A DNA stretch of 64,000 nt from Ylistrum balloti (lineage: Eukaryota): contig NW_026782072.1 in NCBI RefSeq assembly GCF_031769215.1, positions 124,001 to 188,000 on the forward strand, given 5' to 3'. Both the position numbers and the translations under genes were made by a program. This document shows positions 29,483-44,400 of the stretch, piece after piece. Position 1 is the first letter of the stretch. Each line of letters opens with the position of its first letter. Below the pieces are notes generated by a model, which saw only the letters and a list, made by a program, of their open reading frames with translations, was not told where the DNA came from and did not search any database.

Positions 29483-32400
29483 CTGTGAAAAGAAAGAAAA
29501 AAAGTGGTAAACCAATGTAATGGTAAGAGTTATTCACAAAAGAATAAAATACAATCATACAAGAATTTTGTATCCACCTGGCATCCATCATATTATGTAA
29601 GAGTGTTTAGGTATTTTTGGGATCACTTTGTTTTTTTTTTTTTTTTTTGGCAGTCTTGTAGTAAATGAAATAATGTGATAAGTAATGTGTTGTAAAGATT
29701 CCATTCCATTATCTCTGCTGGACCCACTAATCCCTCCACCCTTACTAGAGACCCATCATTTCCTATCCTTTGTGTCACAAATGCTAGATCCAAGCCTATT
29801 TTTAAACCCTTATAACAATGCAAGCCTATGTTAAATTGCATCTTCTAAATAATGAAATCCCTTTACTAACTGCTGTACATGTCATGTTATCAATAGTAGA
29901 CAATTTATATCTGTTACTGTAAATACATACCCAGGTATATGCACCTAACAGAGTGAAATATGGTGAAAATATAAGTGCAGTAAAATCTTCCTTTGTCCAT
30001 CAACCTTTGTATATATACAACTTGGAAAGCATTATATCATGGTGTGAATGTGTGGACACTTTTACCTTAAACCTTGACCAATGACCACCAAATTTTAATG
30101 TACGTTTTATGTGATACTTCATTAATAATGTTAACTAAATCAGTTCAAGGATTCATGGTGTATCTTGAATGTAACTTTTTGATTTTGAAAGCAGTGAAGT
30201 AAGACCTTAGACCCTTCAACTTTCAGCAATGATGTTTTGAGTACTATGGTGAAAATATTTATATGAAATATGTTAAGGGGAACACAAGCTTAAGGCTGCT
30301 GACAACACTGGCACAGAGAAATTGATCACTGGCTTTTTTCATTGGTTTCTGGATGGAGCATTCGATTTTTGCTTCAGTTTGCAAAGACAAGATGCTTATA
30401 GGGCCTGTATCGCTCACCTAGCTTCTAGCTTTTTGTTTGGCTGAAATTTCTTTATCCAAACTGAAAGAAAAGGAATTCTAAAGGTTTATATTTATTTCCC
30501 CATTGTGAATGCAACAATTTAAAAGACTACTTCATCAAAGAATGGTGCATGCCAAATTAAAGCAGAATACTGTCCTGTTCACCCTAGGATGCTTCAGACC
30601 AACTTTGGACAGAACTTTGACATTCCCACAGAAGCAAAAGGACATTCTCCTACCTGGCTCTCTGAGATAAAGGTTGGACAAAATCCAACTATTTGGAGAG
30701 AAGAAGAAAGATTTTAAAGAATTTGCTAAATTTCCACCTCTTGACCTTTCCCCTCTGGCCCCGGATTAGTGGGGGGTTAAGACCTATCACTTAAACAAAA
30801 TTGATCAGGGAGTTCTCTTTCCTCAAGAATGCTTCAGGTCAAATTTTGTCAAAATCCACTAAGTCTTGCATGACTAGAAAATTCTGATGGATGAGAGATG
30901 GGGGCCTCAGTCCTATGGACTAGGTGGGCTTAAAATTGATGAAATTGAAGAAAATTTTAAGGAATATATTGCAACTTTTGGGCATTGGTTTTAAATATGA
31001 ATATTTCAAAAAGGACCCATTAATGTCCTCAAAAAAAGGTTCCGGATCAATTCTTGTATACCCCTCTTCACTAAGTTCCGGGTACACTGATAAAATTGTA
31101 CTGGTACTCTTTCACACTGTTATTCCAGTTTATTTTTCTTTGCTTTCATAAAGTCCATGGCTGCTATAAAATTTGGTATGCCTTATGCCAAGGTCTTATA
31201 CTTGCATGTATATCAAGTTAATTTTTATGTTTATTTCAAAGTTAAATAGCAAGTCTAGCAAGGAATTTATCAATAGCATTTAACTACAATTTATATATAT
31301 AAAAAGCTGTAATCATGATCATACAATTTGTATCTGGTGAAGTGTAAGTAGATGTGGTGCTTCAGCCATTGCTCCAACTGTATTTTAAAATAATGCATCA
31401 TTTATAAATAAGTACAGTACAGCAAGAAGGTGGTCATTCAGAATGCATATATGTTTCTTTATCATGTTATATGTGTACATGTATACACAAGTTAGTGACA
31501 CAAGACATGTGTATATATGTCTGGCTATGATGTGTAATTATATACACACTAGGCAATACACCAGGTACCCACATGCCTCGAGATTTGTAACCTTCACTCC
31601 TGGCAGAAAGTTCACTATGCTAGGTCATCACATCGAACCTTATCTACAAAAGCTATTTATAAAAATGGGCTCCTGCTTAATTCACCACCAATACCTTGTA
31701 ATAACATTACAGATAGAGGGCCTCGCTCTGATAAGGGGGTCACCATTGTATGCTCAGGACATTGTGCTCCCTGTCAAATCTGACAAGTGGCAAATACAGG
31801 CAGTAAATGTAGACATGTGACATCCTGATCACATCAAGACAATTGTCCCCAAGACACCATGCCTATAGTACATGTGGAGGTGTGTGTTGCTAATATCATT
31901 ATATTTGTGTGACTAACATTACCATGAATACATGCACATGTATCATGGCCAGTGACCGGATAGTGCCCCTACTTTTTGGCAATAATCTTTGATTGTGGTT
32001 TAAGATCAAGACTACCCATGGTCAGTGACCAGATCAATGTAAATATTTTATATACCTTTGGTCTTCCTTGCCCTGTGATCATTGGTTAAATCTGACATAG
32101 CACTCCACCTCTGGCCTATATACTACTGGTCTGTGATCAGTGCTACTTACACAGTTCTCAATATACAACATCTACTAGACTGACCAGGTCTAGACAGTAC
32201 TGTGTTGCAGACAAGGGAAGGAGTGAAGATGTATATAACAAGGCTGGTATACAAACTAATTTTGCTGTAATTCAGCTGCATTAGGGCAGTATTCTCTCAG
32301 TTTTGACACCTGTTCTTCATCCTTTACTGTGAGAAGGAAGTAAGCTTTACTCTCTGCTATGCTGTATCAATCAAGCGTGTACCACACATTGTACTCTCAG

Positions 32401-35400
32401 TCAAGACCATGACAAGATCAATCATATCAGAAGTAAACACCATACAGGTAGCTATATTGCAGGTAAAAGAAACAGCAATAAGCTAACCAATACTGGTAAA
32501 TACACCTAACCATGTATAATGAATGGGAGGTGATGATTGGAATATGTGAACAACTGGGAGAGATTCATATATGTACTATTGTATGATGACCTGGACAACA
32601 TTGAACAAGGCAGACTTTGTCATTTAGATCTATGTTGAACACTTCTCCATGTACACATGGTTTATTTCTTCTGGAAGGGACAGGATTAGAGAAATTTTCA
32701 AACTCATGAGAGACCCTGGAAAAAAGGTCTCACTCTATAACAGATATCCTTTTCTAATGTAAAGGTTTGAATTATATAACAGATCACATATTTTAAACAA
32801 AATGCATTAAAATCCATTTACATATTGTTATGACTTCTGTGAAAAATATGTTCACTATCTGCTTCTAGCTTTTGGTAAAAACATGAAAATTTGAACCATC
32901 ACAAACATAATCTTTAGAGTATATATACCATAAAAGCTCAAAAATAAGATGCTGATGATTTCCTCTAATAGTAATTTAAGAAAATGAAGCATTAGTTATA
33001 TCATTTTTATTGATGTTATTTTCAGGATAGACTTCATGGTTGGTGTGTCTTCAAGTTTTCAGCATAACAACTTTCAGTAAAAGGGAACTACAATGTGTTT
33101 ATATTTGAAACAAAGATAAAACCCACTGATTTCCCAGAGAGGAGTAGGGGATGATCCAAAATTGCATTAATATACATGTAACAAAAGCATTCTAGAGAAT
33201 GGAACACCAAGTTGGTCATGTTTATGATGCAGTCATATTCCTACATTCCCTTAGGGGAAGGGACACTTGAAAATTCAATAAACTTTTAGTACCAAGCGTC
33301 TCTAGATCAGACAAGATGTATGGCCATCAAAATTCTGAAGCAGAAAAGATAGTCTATATATGCCAGTACATATACATAATGCATCTTAATTAAACTGTGA
33401 CAAGAAGAGCCTTTCTTCTTCCATGAAGTCCCCCGGGGAATAAAGACTTTTTTTTCTTCTCTCAACCAGAGTCAGCAGTTCTGCTGTACATTTATTCTAG
33501 ACACAATAGCTAGCCAGCCAGCCACCACTCAAAATCAATACAACTTCGACTCTGGCACGTCTAGCATGTCCCTCCAATGCTATACTCCTTTAGATGATCA
33601 TTTGATCTACCATTTCACTAAACTGGCTTCTGTAGATTAAAGCTCCAATATATGCAACTTTCACAGAAAAGTCTAACAGAAAAAAAAAATCGATTAAAAG
33701 CATTTTGTCTTATGTTTGATAATGTTAAATACAGATATCAATTAGCTGTAATGATAAAAATTGAAACTATTCCGATTAAACCAGGAAAACGTTCGGAATA
33801 GCTGCGGCAGATAGCTCAAAACATACTTTCATGAACTGCAGTAATTTGTCTAATAAAGAAATACAATAGATTATATGACTGTAGATATATTATCTGTTCA
33901 TGAATCTGTAGAATCTTTTGAACAAGATGATTCAGACATATTTGTGTTTTTGCTTGGTGGCAACAATCCATTTGCAAGGAAAATGAACAGCCAGGCATGA
34001 CTGAATGTAATGCTTACTAATCCAAAATTCTCATGCCTATTTGTATGATATCAATTGAAACAGAATAAGAACATCAGCCTCAATAAAATGTATGTGGTTT
34101 GGTGAGATTGTGTAGACAAAGATGTAGTTTTGGTTGGTGCATTTGTAAATAAGTATATGGTCTTTTGTCTTATCATGTTAAAAGATGTATTGATTTGTGT
34201 ATGTAAAGGTTTCCTGAAGAAAAAAATCTCCATTTGAGGAGGAAATAAAGATTCAGTCATTCATCAATTTACGTCATTGTAGTACAAAGTAACTTATCTG
34301 AGAAATAGTGTGTTTATATTGTTATCAAAATTCACTCTTTGCAAATATACCTTTATTTAAAATCGTTGCTGAAAATGTTGGAAAATCCCCTTGACATTTC
34401 CTTGAGAGGTTGGTATTTACTGTAAACATGTGTATGTCCTATATCAGACTAGTTACACACTGACCCCCAAATAACTATACACATCCATTATACCTGTTTA
34501 AATGACCTATACATCACACTCGGACTACACAGCAAGCCTTGAATGACTATACACCTGCATTCTATCTTTGATATGATGTCATTTATACATCCCACTCAGA
34601 CTACACATAAAGCCCTGAATGACTATACACCTACATTCTATCTGTGATATGACGTCATTTACATGTCCAACTCAGATTCCACATTGAGCCCTAAAAAACT
34701 ATACATCTGCATTTTATCTGTGAAATGACGTCATTTATATGTCCCACTCCAATTACAGCGAGACCTGAATGACTACACCTGCATTCTATCTTCATGTGAG
34801 ACTTTATACTTAACCTTTAAATGTGCCTTAAACTATATTAGAGTATGCAGATTGGTCACATAGTCTTTTCATCATGAGGCAGGTTTCTGAACTTGATACA
34901 ACATCCTTCAGTATTTGGAATGGGACCCATGGCCACTTGTATTTTTTTATTACTTTATTTGTTTCAGTATCCCCATAAAGTGTTTCTTAACAGATACCAG
35001 CCTAAAATGTTTTAATGTTGAATTTGCATACCAATAAAGTGAAAGTTTTTTTCCGGGTACATTTGCCAAAAAATGCATATATTGGGGCTTAAGTATATTT
35101 ACTACAGATCTTATACAGAATGAATTTTATAATAATCTAATTGAATTTTTGTCTGGTGATAGATAGCATATTGTACCAAACACCAGATAGCATATTGTAC
35201 CAGCCAACCTAAAGGCTCCTTTATGCAATTGAACAATGCCCCCAAAGTGTTCTTAGTCCAAAATTATTTTAACCATATCATCCATATCTTGCAGAAACAT
35301 ATATATTGGAAAATGAAGCAAGGCATATGCAGAAATATTTTTTTATCACAACATAATCTTTAACCCACACAAGTGCACTTGCCTGATAGTGTCAGCACTA

Positions 35401-38400
35401 AAACAAAGTGCTCTTGGCATCAAATTTTAAACAATTAAATTCTAATCCATTCATTAAAACTAGTATTACCCCAAAACAGAAAATTACTGATGATCAGTGC
35501 TTGGGCATTTATAGGTTTATCTACACTAGAGGGAGTAAGCACAGTAAACCCTGAATTCACTGATGATGAATTGTAAACTATTGATAATTGGAAGCTAAGA
35601 AAGACATTTTACCTGGTGTGATTTTCATATGATCCAAAATGTATCTTGTCATGTAATTACCATTATTGTATTTGAGACTAGAGTGCAAGGCGATGGACTG
35701 GAAAATTTAGATATATGTATAGTTTATCTAACAAACCCACAATCAGAATGTACTTGATATCATGTGCACCTACATGATTGTAATACACGTACAAGTCAAG
35801 ACCCTTATGTACATGCTAATACTTCATCCGTTGATCAATCCACTTACTAATTCCACCTACAGTAACTTCCTGAGCCATGAGGAAATCATACTTTCAGGCA
35901 ATAAAAAAATTCCCACGGTACACTAAGCATGAATCTAACCAGATCGAGCTCACAGGACAAATATACATTTAAAGTCACTTTCTAAATGTTGATGAGGAAA
36001 TATAGGAGACCCTAAGAGACCTCATAAAACAAGTGAATAGATATAAACATATCTTCAATGTATGGAATTATTTCTGATGGGTGTTTAAATGATTTTGGGT
36101 TGCAACTGTAGCTGAAGTACAATGACAATGATTCAGAAATGGAATTTTGAATTAAAAAATTCAAACGACCTTAAGTACTGCCTCAAAAGTAGTATATGTA
36201 TTTTGTTGAATAGTGTAGCAGTTTTCAGTAAAAAACATCAATTACAGCCAATATACTTTAAAAATAATTGACAAGACGGCTGCCATTGGAAGCCACATAA
36301 GAAAAATAACAGCACTTCATCAGGACCTTTTGTAAATTTTTTCATTAAGCTTCAATGAAATTAAGTTTAATAAATTTTCATGGTGCCAAAATGAGTCACA
36401 AATGTTACATACATTAAAGCATAGGAAAGTCTTACTATGCCATTTGTCGTCTTCATAAATGACTGAAATTTGCAGGCAAACCACATAGCACACAGCATGG
36501 TTCAGTAAATGTTTGTCAGCAAATGGCAGCTCTGTCATTTACATGGGGTCATAAATGTCATAACAAGACAATGCTTACTTCAGCTTACCTATAAATGATG
36601 CTATCTTTTACTTATTTATTGTAATAATTTGATTGAAATCAAAATTTATTATTGACAGTATATATAATATGCCGACAATACTTATGTAATTTACGTAAAA
36701 TTATACCTTTTTTCCATATCTAAACTACTGCAAATATTATGTGTACATATAGGTGGCAAATCTATTTTACAAGCAGTATTTTATGCAGAAGCAGATTCCT
36801 ACAATGTATATATTGACCTACAGGTATATTTGAACACTAACACAAATGATGAAGGATGACAATTTCTGACTTGTGCCAGTTATTTGGGCCTCAAACTCGC
36901 AACCTAAAGCACCAAATCGCCTTGCCAAGAAATTCTACAACTTCCCAACCATTGTATGTTTGGAAGTTGTAGTGAACAGACAGCTAGGAATTCTTGACAT
37001 ATACATTGAAGCAAATTATAACATATTGCCTGATATGAATATACATGGATACAAATTGTTCATAAATCACACTTGGTTACAATTATGTCAAGATATTACA
37101 GTATTTTCTGGATTATAAGCTGCATCTATTTTCCTCACAAGTCATGTGTGTGACTTAAAATAAACCCAGGAAGCATACTATGTAAACCAGTATGAGAGTT
37201 TTTTTTCCTGCCCATCACGTGTTTGTGACTGTAACAGATCGTCTAGAACCGTCATTTGCATTTGTATACAGGATGATTTAAAGATTGAAATAACAATAAC
37301 ATTCTTGTGGATTTAATTACCGTATTTCTCCGCCAATAAGCCCAGGGGGCCTGTGCATGAAATTGAGTAAAGAGTAGGGGGTGGGCTTATTGCCGGATAA
37401 GAGCCTATACCTGACCGATATCCTCGGTCGCCATCTTGGATTTTTCACTACTGTTATCGATGAACAAATCTATTCAGGCGAACGAAGACTGGTTACTGGA
37501 TGATTAAAATAAGAACAAGAAGAAATATATATAAAAACAGGTTTGTATTAATTCCATATCAAGTAAATCAAACAAATACAACAAAATCACCATAGCACTG
37601 TCAATGAGTCACACACGTTCATGAACGATCGAAACCACCGAACAGAAGAGTCTCGTCGTCGGATTCCTCTGAATCAAACAGAATACCATCGGCCCTGGTA
37701 CCATCAATGTCCTCCTCAATGTAATTATCATTTTTAATGTGAATCACAACATCTTCTGGACTTTCACCATTACTTTGTAGCCATAGTAAAAGTTTGCAAC
37801 ATATTTTTTGCATTCTGAGATCAATAGATCATTGGGTTATAGGATAAAATCTAGAATGACAGCCATGCTTGTTTCGAATATAAATGGCTTTGCTTAACTT
37901 CGTTTAATAATATATATAAGAATTTGGTCAGCATGCTTGGGCCTTCGTTAATATTTAACAATACAGACCCTGATGGAGAGAATTGAAAGAATGTTTAGTA
38001 AACCACATGTAACATCATGCCCTATATCAGTGCGTAGACAATCTGTGAAGGCCCCAAAGCCAAATAAGTTTGATATTTGCTATATTATGTTTTTTAATTA
38101 CATCAATAGAATAAAAAATTATCTTTATTCAATGATTGTATGTTCGTAAATAGATTTTCTTTTTGATTCATCTGAAAGTGACCATAGATTTACTATATAA
38201 TGATCAGACAGAAACAAAATCAACTGCTTATCAGTCGACTAGCTAGATGTAATAGTTCTTGTAAGTTCTGCCCGACACCTCCCTGTAGAGTAAGTAACAG
38301 TACATAGGCCTAGCTACCACCACCGCCATACATACACTGTACTGATGTAGGTGCTGACCTGTATATAGTCCTTCAACAGGGCAATGGCCTGCAGCTACAC

Positions 38401-41400
38401 ACATCACTCGTCAAGACAGAACTGTATAATAGATGGTTTGATTAGGAAAAACCTAATTACAACCTTCAGTATGAAGCATACCAATGATTATGGCTACCAG
38501 CATCTGCTTCCATCATGATGCACCAATTGACAAATCTGTCTGGTTTCTATTTTACCAGCTTTCCATTATAGTCTACAAATAATTTATATAATGTAACACT
38601 ACTTGCCACCCTATATCACACAAGCTGTTAGCAACAGCCACACATAGTTCCCCTTATCCATGTGTGTGTAGCTATATGGTGCCTATAGATCTCATGATTA
38701 TGTATATATGATATCATTACTGTTTTACACTTATCAGGATACATATCTGTTGCATTATTGATCTTGTCTCATAACCATTAACTTGTGGTGAGTGTAATAT
38801 GTTTCAATATGGAAGTGTATATATAGATCAAATTTGACGTCACATTGATGGGATATTTTTACCCAATGTATTCACTTTTAAAAGCGTGATCACTTGATAA
38901 AACAAACCAAGACTCCAGACTAGCTATACATCTGCAGGTGCAATACAAAAGAGCATATTCATACATTAAATCTGTTTAAAGGAGATTCATGTAACGTCTT
39001 ATACGTTTTAATTTTACTACAGTGAGAATGACAAAACATTAACTACACACCCACTCCCACTGAAAAAAGTATAGAATATAACAGGTTGTCAATGAAAAAC
39101 TTTAAAAATTTAAGGCAATGTACATGTTATTCTGGGATTGGTTGACCAGCACCATATATGTGGTAGTGATTCAGTATAAAGGTAAAGTCATCACACAGTC
39201 AGCAGTACAGGCAAGGGAGAAACCTGGAACACATTGTTGATGACCACCCGACATGTTTATTACCATTAATCACATTTAACTGACATTTTATCAAGACAAA
39301 TTGATTTCTACTATAATCCTTCATTCATTTATTTCACTGTTCATAGATTCAATACATAATGTACATCATTTTTACTATATAATGCACCATTTTTGCTCTA
39401 TGTATCATTATATCAACTATTTTTTGACGAAACACCATTAAGTTGCAGAGTATTCATTTTCATGTGACTGAATTTCACTTTTTAATGCCCTATGACAAGT
39501 CAGTAAGCGTGAGGTCTACTTAATTTCCAAAACGCCTTCATTTGTCATTGACCGCATTGTTGACATATTGTTTCTACACAGGGGAGTCACTGATGGTGAG
39601 AATGACAGCTTGGATGGAATCTTTTTCACTATTGCAGAGGATTTGGAAATATTTTTTTAAAAGTACTGGTTGATTCAAATAGTGAAATACACAGGATATA
39701 TTGTGTTCCATGGAGATTAAGGAACCAAATAGTTTATTAGGAAACTAACGGCATGATGAATGCCTGATGGCAAGTTCGTCTGAAAGTTTAGGCACAGTGC
39801 AATACAATGATCAACTATACCAGCACTACTGTGCAAGTGTTTTTGACTGTAAGAAAACATTAAATACCTGTGGTTAGCAAGTAATGGCTTATCATGGTGT
39901 CTCTAATGTACATGCATATCTACAGGACATCTCAAAAAGATCTTTAAAATTAAAGAAAATTCAGATATCATTTCATTCTCTCATATAAAAGACCCTAAAG
40001 CATCTATACATATCTCGCTCTAGGCTATTAATCTATTAAATTATACATTAAAGGTTACATCACTCACATAAAAGGATGAATTTGAAATTAACCAAGCTTT
40101 CATGAGATATATATTTATCCAGATTCAATACCATATATCTTTCTGGTATGTGAATTTCAGGAAGTTCCTGGGTATTTCCATTAATACTGTATTTATATAT
40201 GTAGAATTGAAACTGCTGGAATATAAAATTATGTGACTTAACACCCTCATACCACTTGATTTGGGCATATAAAAATGTTTCAGTAGCAGCTAAGATATTT
40301 ATAAAAGGTGATATATGTGTTAAATATCACGCATTGTCCAGCCTTACAAGGTCCTGTTTGGTGAGATGTAGTTACTTGACATTTTAAAGCGCTTTCCTCA
40401 TAAATTTAAAGAGATACATAAAATGGTACATATGTAAGAAGGTACAGGTGTACTTTGCATTTAAACATGTAAACCAGCCACTTATACACCTGTAAGTACA
40501 AAAAAAAGACATGAAAGCTTCATGCATGAACATGCTTGTGAACATAATGAAAATCTGTATAAAACATTAACTTAACTCTTTGACAGTCACCTCATGCTTA
40601 GAACTAATAAATTAACAGTGTCTACCAAACCATGAATGTTTATTGAGAAGGCTTAAAATTCATACGAAAGACATGAAGAAGCATTAAAAGTCAGCTTTCT
40701 ATAAAAATACAGGAATAGTATATATGTAATGTACATTGCAATGTTTGTATACTATATATATCGTGTTCTATTAGAAATTGTATACACACTGTGTTCTATC
40801 AGAAATCATAAATGAAATGTACATTATAATGGGTGTATAATATGTTCTATTAGAAATTGTATATGTAACGTACATTGTAATATATGTATATCATGTTGCA
40901 TTAGAAATTGTAAATATAAATAAATAAACTTTGATTTCTTTAGAAGTGGATGTTTTGTAAATTTATTTCCGAGATAACACAACTATCAATTAATACCGAT
41001 TGCAACACTCTTTGATCCAAGATGGGCATCATCCAGACATGTAACAATATATAACAGTCTGGATGTAACAATATATAACAATGTGACAGTATATAGCTGT
41101 GAAGGCAAGCAAATTGCAATCATGTTTCCTACTATCAACCTCCAAATTTTAAGCAACCATGATATATGTGTCACTATTGGGTGATAGCTGGTTTTATGTA
41201 TATGTTAAGCCTTTATGTAATAGATACAGTGCAACTTCCCAAAACCAATCCTTCTCACCTTTTGAAAACAAAGAAACGACAATGTACTGAACGATGTCCT
41301 CTTTAAGATATTAATGAAAATTTTTCTAATACCGACGTATTTCCATGCCAAACTAATCTAGTGTCCAAAATGATAAAAATATTACAAAAACACTTCAGAA

Positions 41401-44400
41401 ACCAGCCTTACCTGAGCTTTACCAAAAGCAGAACATGCTTTGTGAACAATACCTATTCAGATTGATTATAATTAACATTATAAGTTTTGTTTATGCCAGG
41501 ATGAAATCAGATTGCCAAAATCCATCATTTCACTGAAGTAAGAAATGGCTATGAGACAAATTAAAGTGAAAATGCATGAGTGCTTATATGTAGAGGTAGA
41601 CAGTTACAGTTTTGTATCTAATTTGTCACTCATGGAATAGGTAATTTTAACATGTACAAAATGAAAACATCAAGTGTTGTTACAAAAAATAATTTTGTTG
41701 CACTGATCAGCAAAAATACCCAAGTCATCAATCAAACAGATTTGTTGTAAACACATTCATGTAACCAAAACCACCATCTGACAGGGGGCTAGGTTTAATG
41801 TGTAAGGTGTAACTAACTGCCAATATGCAGTTTTCTTTTCCAGATAAGTTACATATTGTAATATGTATATATGTGTATCTTTTTTTTCTGCGTAATCACT
41901 TTTAATTTCTTTCAGCATGTTCATGAGCAATGGTTAATATTATGTACTGAACAGAATCAGATCAATTACATCCAAGTCCGAACCAGTCAATATGTTCACT
42001 TTTGCAAACCCATCATTCCTGAACTGGACCAATATTAATGTGACGTGGACATTTTGGAGAGATTCCTCTGAATAATTTTCATTTGTAAATCAGTGTCATA
42101 GATTTTTTTATATATATTTGCACTTAACCTTTTATGTATCTAATCAAAATTTACTGTTTAAATGTACCTGTATATTAACTCATGTTTGCTATATTGGAAT
42201 ATGTAGATATATAAATTCATATTCCTATAAATGCATTTCAATCTTAGCTGATTTGATCCAAACACTCATTTTACAGATTACAGGAACATATACTTAACCA
42301 TTTCAGAAAGGTACTTATAATCTGGCTGATAATGCAAAGAAAAGTCTTGTTTGTTAGACACTTGACTTTGACATATTCTCAGGCATAGCCCAACAACTTT
42401 CTAAAAAATGCCCAACTCTTGAGAAAGCAGGTGTTTTTAACACTTAATTTAACACCTGCTGCATAAAATTTTAGCTGATACAACTATTGTGCGCTTACCT
42501 AGGTGTTTTCTTGCTCCAAAATGGCATGTTAAGAATGGTATGACCACAGTTAAACTGCCATTTACTACAAGTCTGGTGTGATTTCTGGGCAAATACTACC
42601 TCAAACCATTGCACTTCCTTTGTCAATGCAACAACATTTTGTGCGTGCAGCAGTCTGCAAGATTCTACTCTCCTCACCTCATCACTCTGCACCATCCATA
42701 ATCATATTGCAGACAAAATCAGCACTTATCTAAGAATAGAATATTGTGCCATTTTCGTACCATTTATGGCTATTATATAGTGACATCATAACCAAATGTA
42801 TGCAGTGCAAAGGGATGCTGTGCTTTCAAATGGTAGCTTTTAATGCAACCAAGTCGTTGCGGACTGTTTAGAGACACACAACCAGACATAATTGTTGGGA
42901 AGAAGGAAACAGCTAAAAGTAATTGGGGAAATGAATCGGGTGATGTCGTTCCTTGGTCAGTGCTTATAGGCAAACCCCGATAGCAGGGCTAAGTAGTGAG
43001 TTTAAACATAAAAGCCATATTTGTCTCTCACCACTTAAGATTAAATGTGAATAAAAAGGATAATTATTGATAAATATTGTTTACAAAGAAAAGATAAATT
43101 GTTGTCTTTTATTTCTCTTGATCTAGATTTAGAAGGCAAGAAAGTAATCAACTGTTTCCAACAAGCCAACCTCCATGGATTTTAAATACCCTAGTACACA
43201 TCTTTCACTTTCCTTTGCTGTGGGATTAATAATTTTCAGGTGAAATGAATCTAAGTGTTGGGATCACCACTGTGTTTGAATGCACTCAGCTCGTTGGGTT
43301 AAAGTTTCCCAGGTTTACTAGTGAACCACAGCTCCTTGTTTAAAAACTATACAGCTACATACACACGGCACCTTGAATTTATCAACTGTTTGCTCCACAG
43401 CACATACATGCAACAACCTAAGCTATAAATAACCCTGCATGTAGCTTGCTACTCAAGGAAAAAGTAGTCGATTATTTCTGGTGTTTTCAATACAGAATCT
43501 TTGAAATGTGCTTATGTATAGAATCTTGGCAATATGGCCAAGGGTCTTCCAGCAGATGACTTGAACTGGAGTTTAATAGCATATATTTCCGCAAGTATAC
43601 CTTGTACAACTTCCCCATATGGTCAGATTACCCAATTTATTCAAGATGTACACAGATCACTTCTTGTATAGCCAGTCATCAACATAAAAATTCATATCAT
43701 CATATAATTTATCATTTAATTATATATATAGTGCAAGAATCCATAAGTTGCATATTTGAACACTTCTCTACTATTCATAACTTCATATTCAGAGTCTCAC
43801 TCACCAAGACAGGCTGGATTCCTTGACTAACAGTTAAGATTTAACTTATTGTTGAGATCTTGTCAAATTCCGTTCTGATACCACCAGGCATTGTAAGATT
43901 ATCATCATGATGTTAATTAAAGACTTCTGGAGACATTTCATAACAAGCAACGGCAATCATTTTTCAGTGCCCTTTGAATTGTGTTTACATTTTTTTTAGA
44001 TGTCCATGGATCATCAAACAAAACGAGTATCAGCAGTATGCGGTATCCCTCCTGATGACTGACTACATGCATGGTGACAACACATCCTAGTCACAGACAT
44101 GCTTGTCAATTAGTGGTATAAACTCCACTTAATAAAGCACCACACAATTATCTAATGGTTTCTGATTTCTGATAGAAGATTTTATCAAACAAACAGGACA
44201 GATGTAAAGAGCAATAAATAGTTTGAGGGGTGGGGTGGGGTGGGGGGGGGGGGAGTCAGTCCTAGTGGCATACATATTCTACATAGTCTAATGTTCAGAA
44301 TTTGTTGGGGACAATCTATATCAATTATAGATAATATAACTGGGTTGTTTACTATAATTTATGTATTGCCAAATGTTGTGAATCTGTTTCATATTACCTT

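Noticed and set aside
36583-42700. Strong FoxO-sense donors (AG|GTAAG) at about 36587, 41410 and 42498, and ORF 42495..42695, as alternative FoxO exons
   Set aside because: A few such 7-mers are expected in 19 kb; none gives a forkhead-like phase-0 exon (the 42498 site ends in an in-frame TAG)
44225-44255. G-run (GGGGTGGGGTGGGGTG13) as a functional G-quadruplex
   Set aside because: It can form G4, but homopolymer G-runs occur elsewhere in the window (12.2-12.4 kb, 23.85 kb) and nothing else marks it as functional
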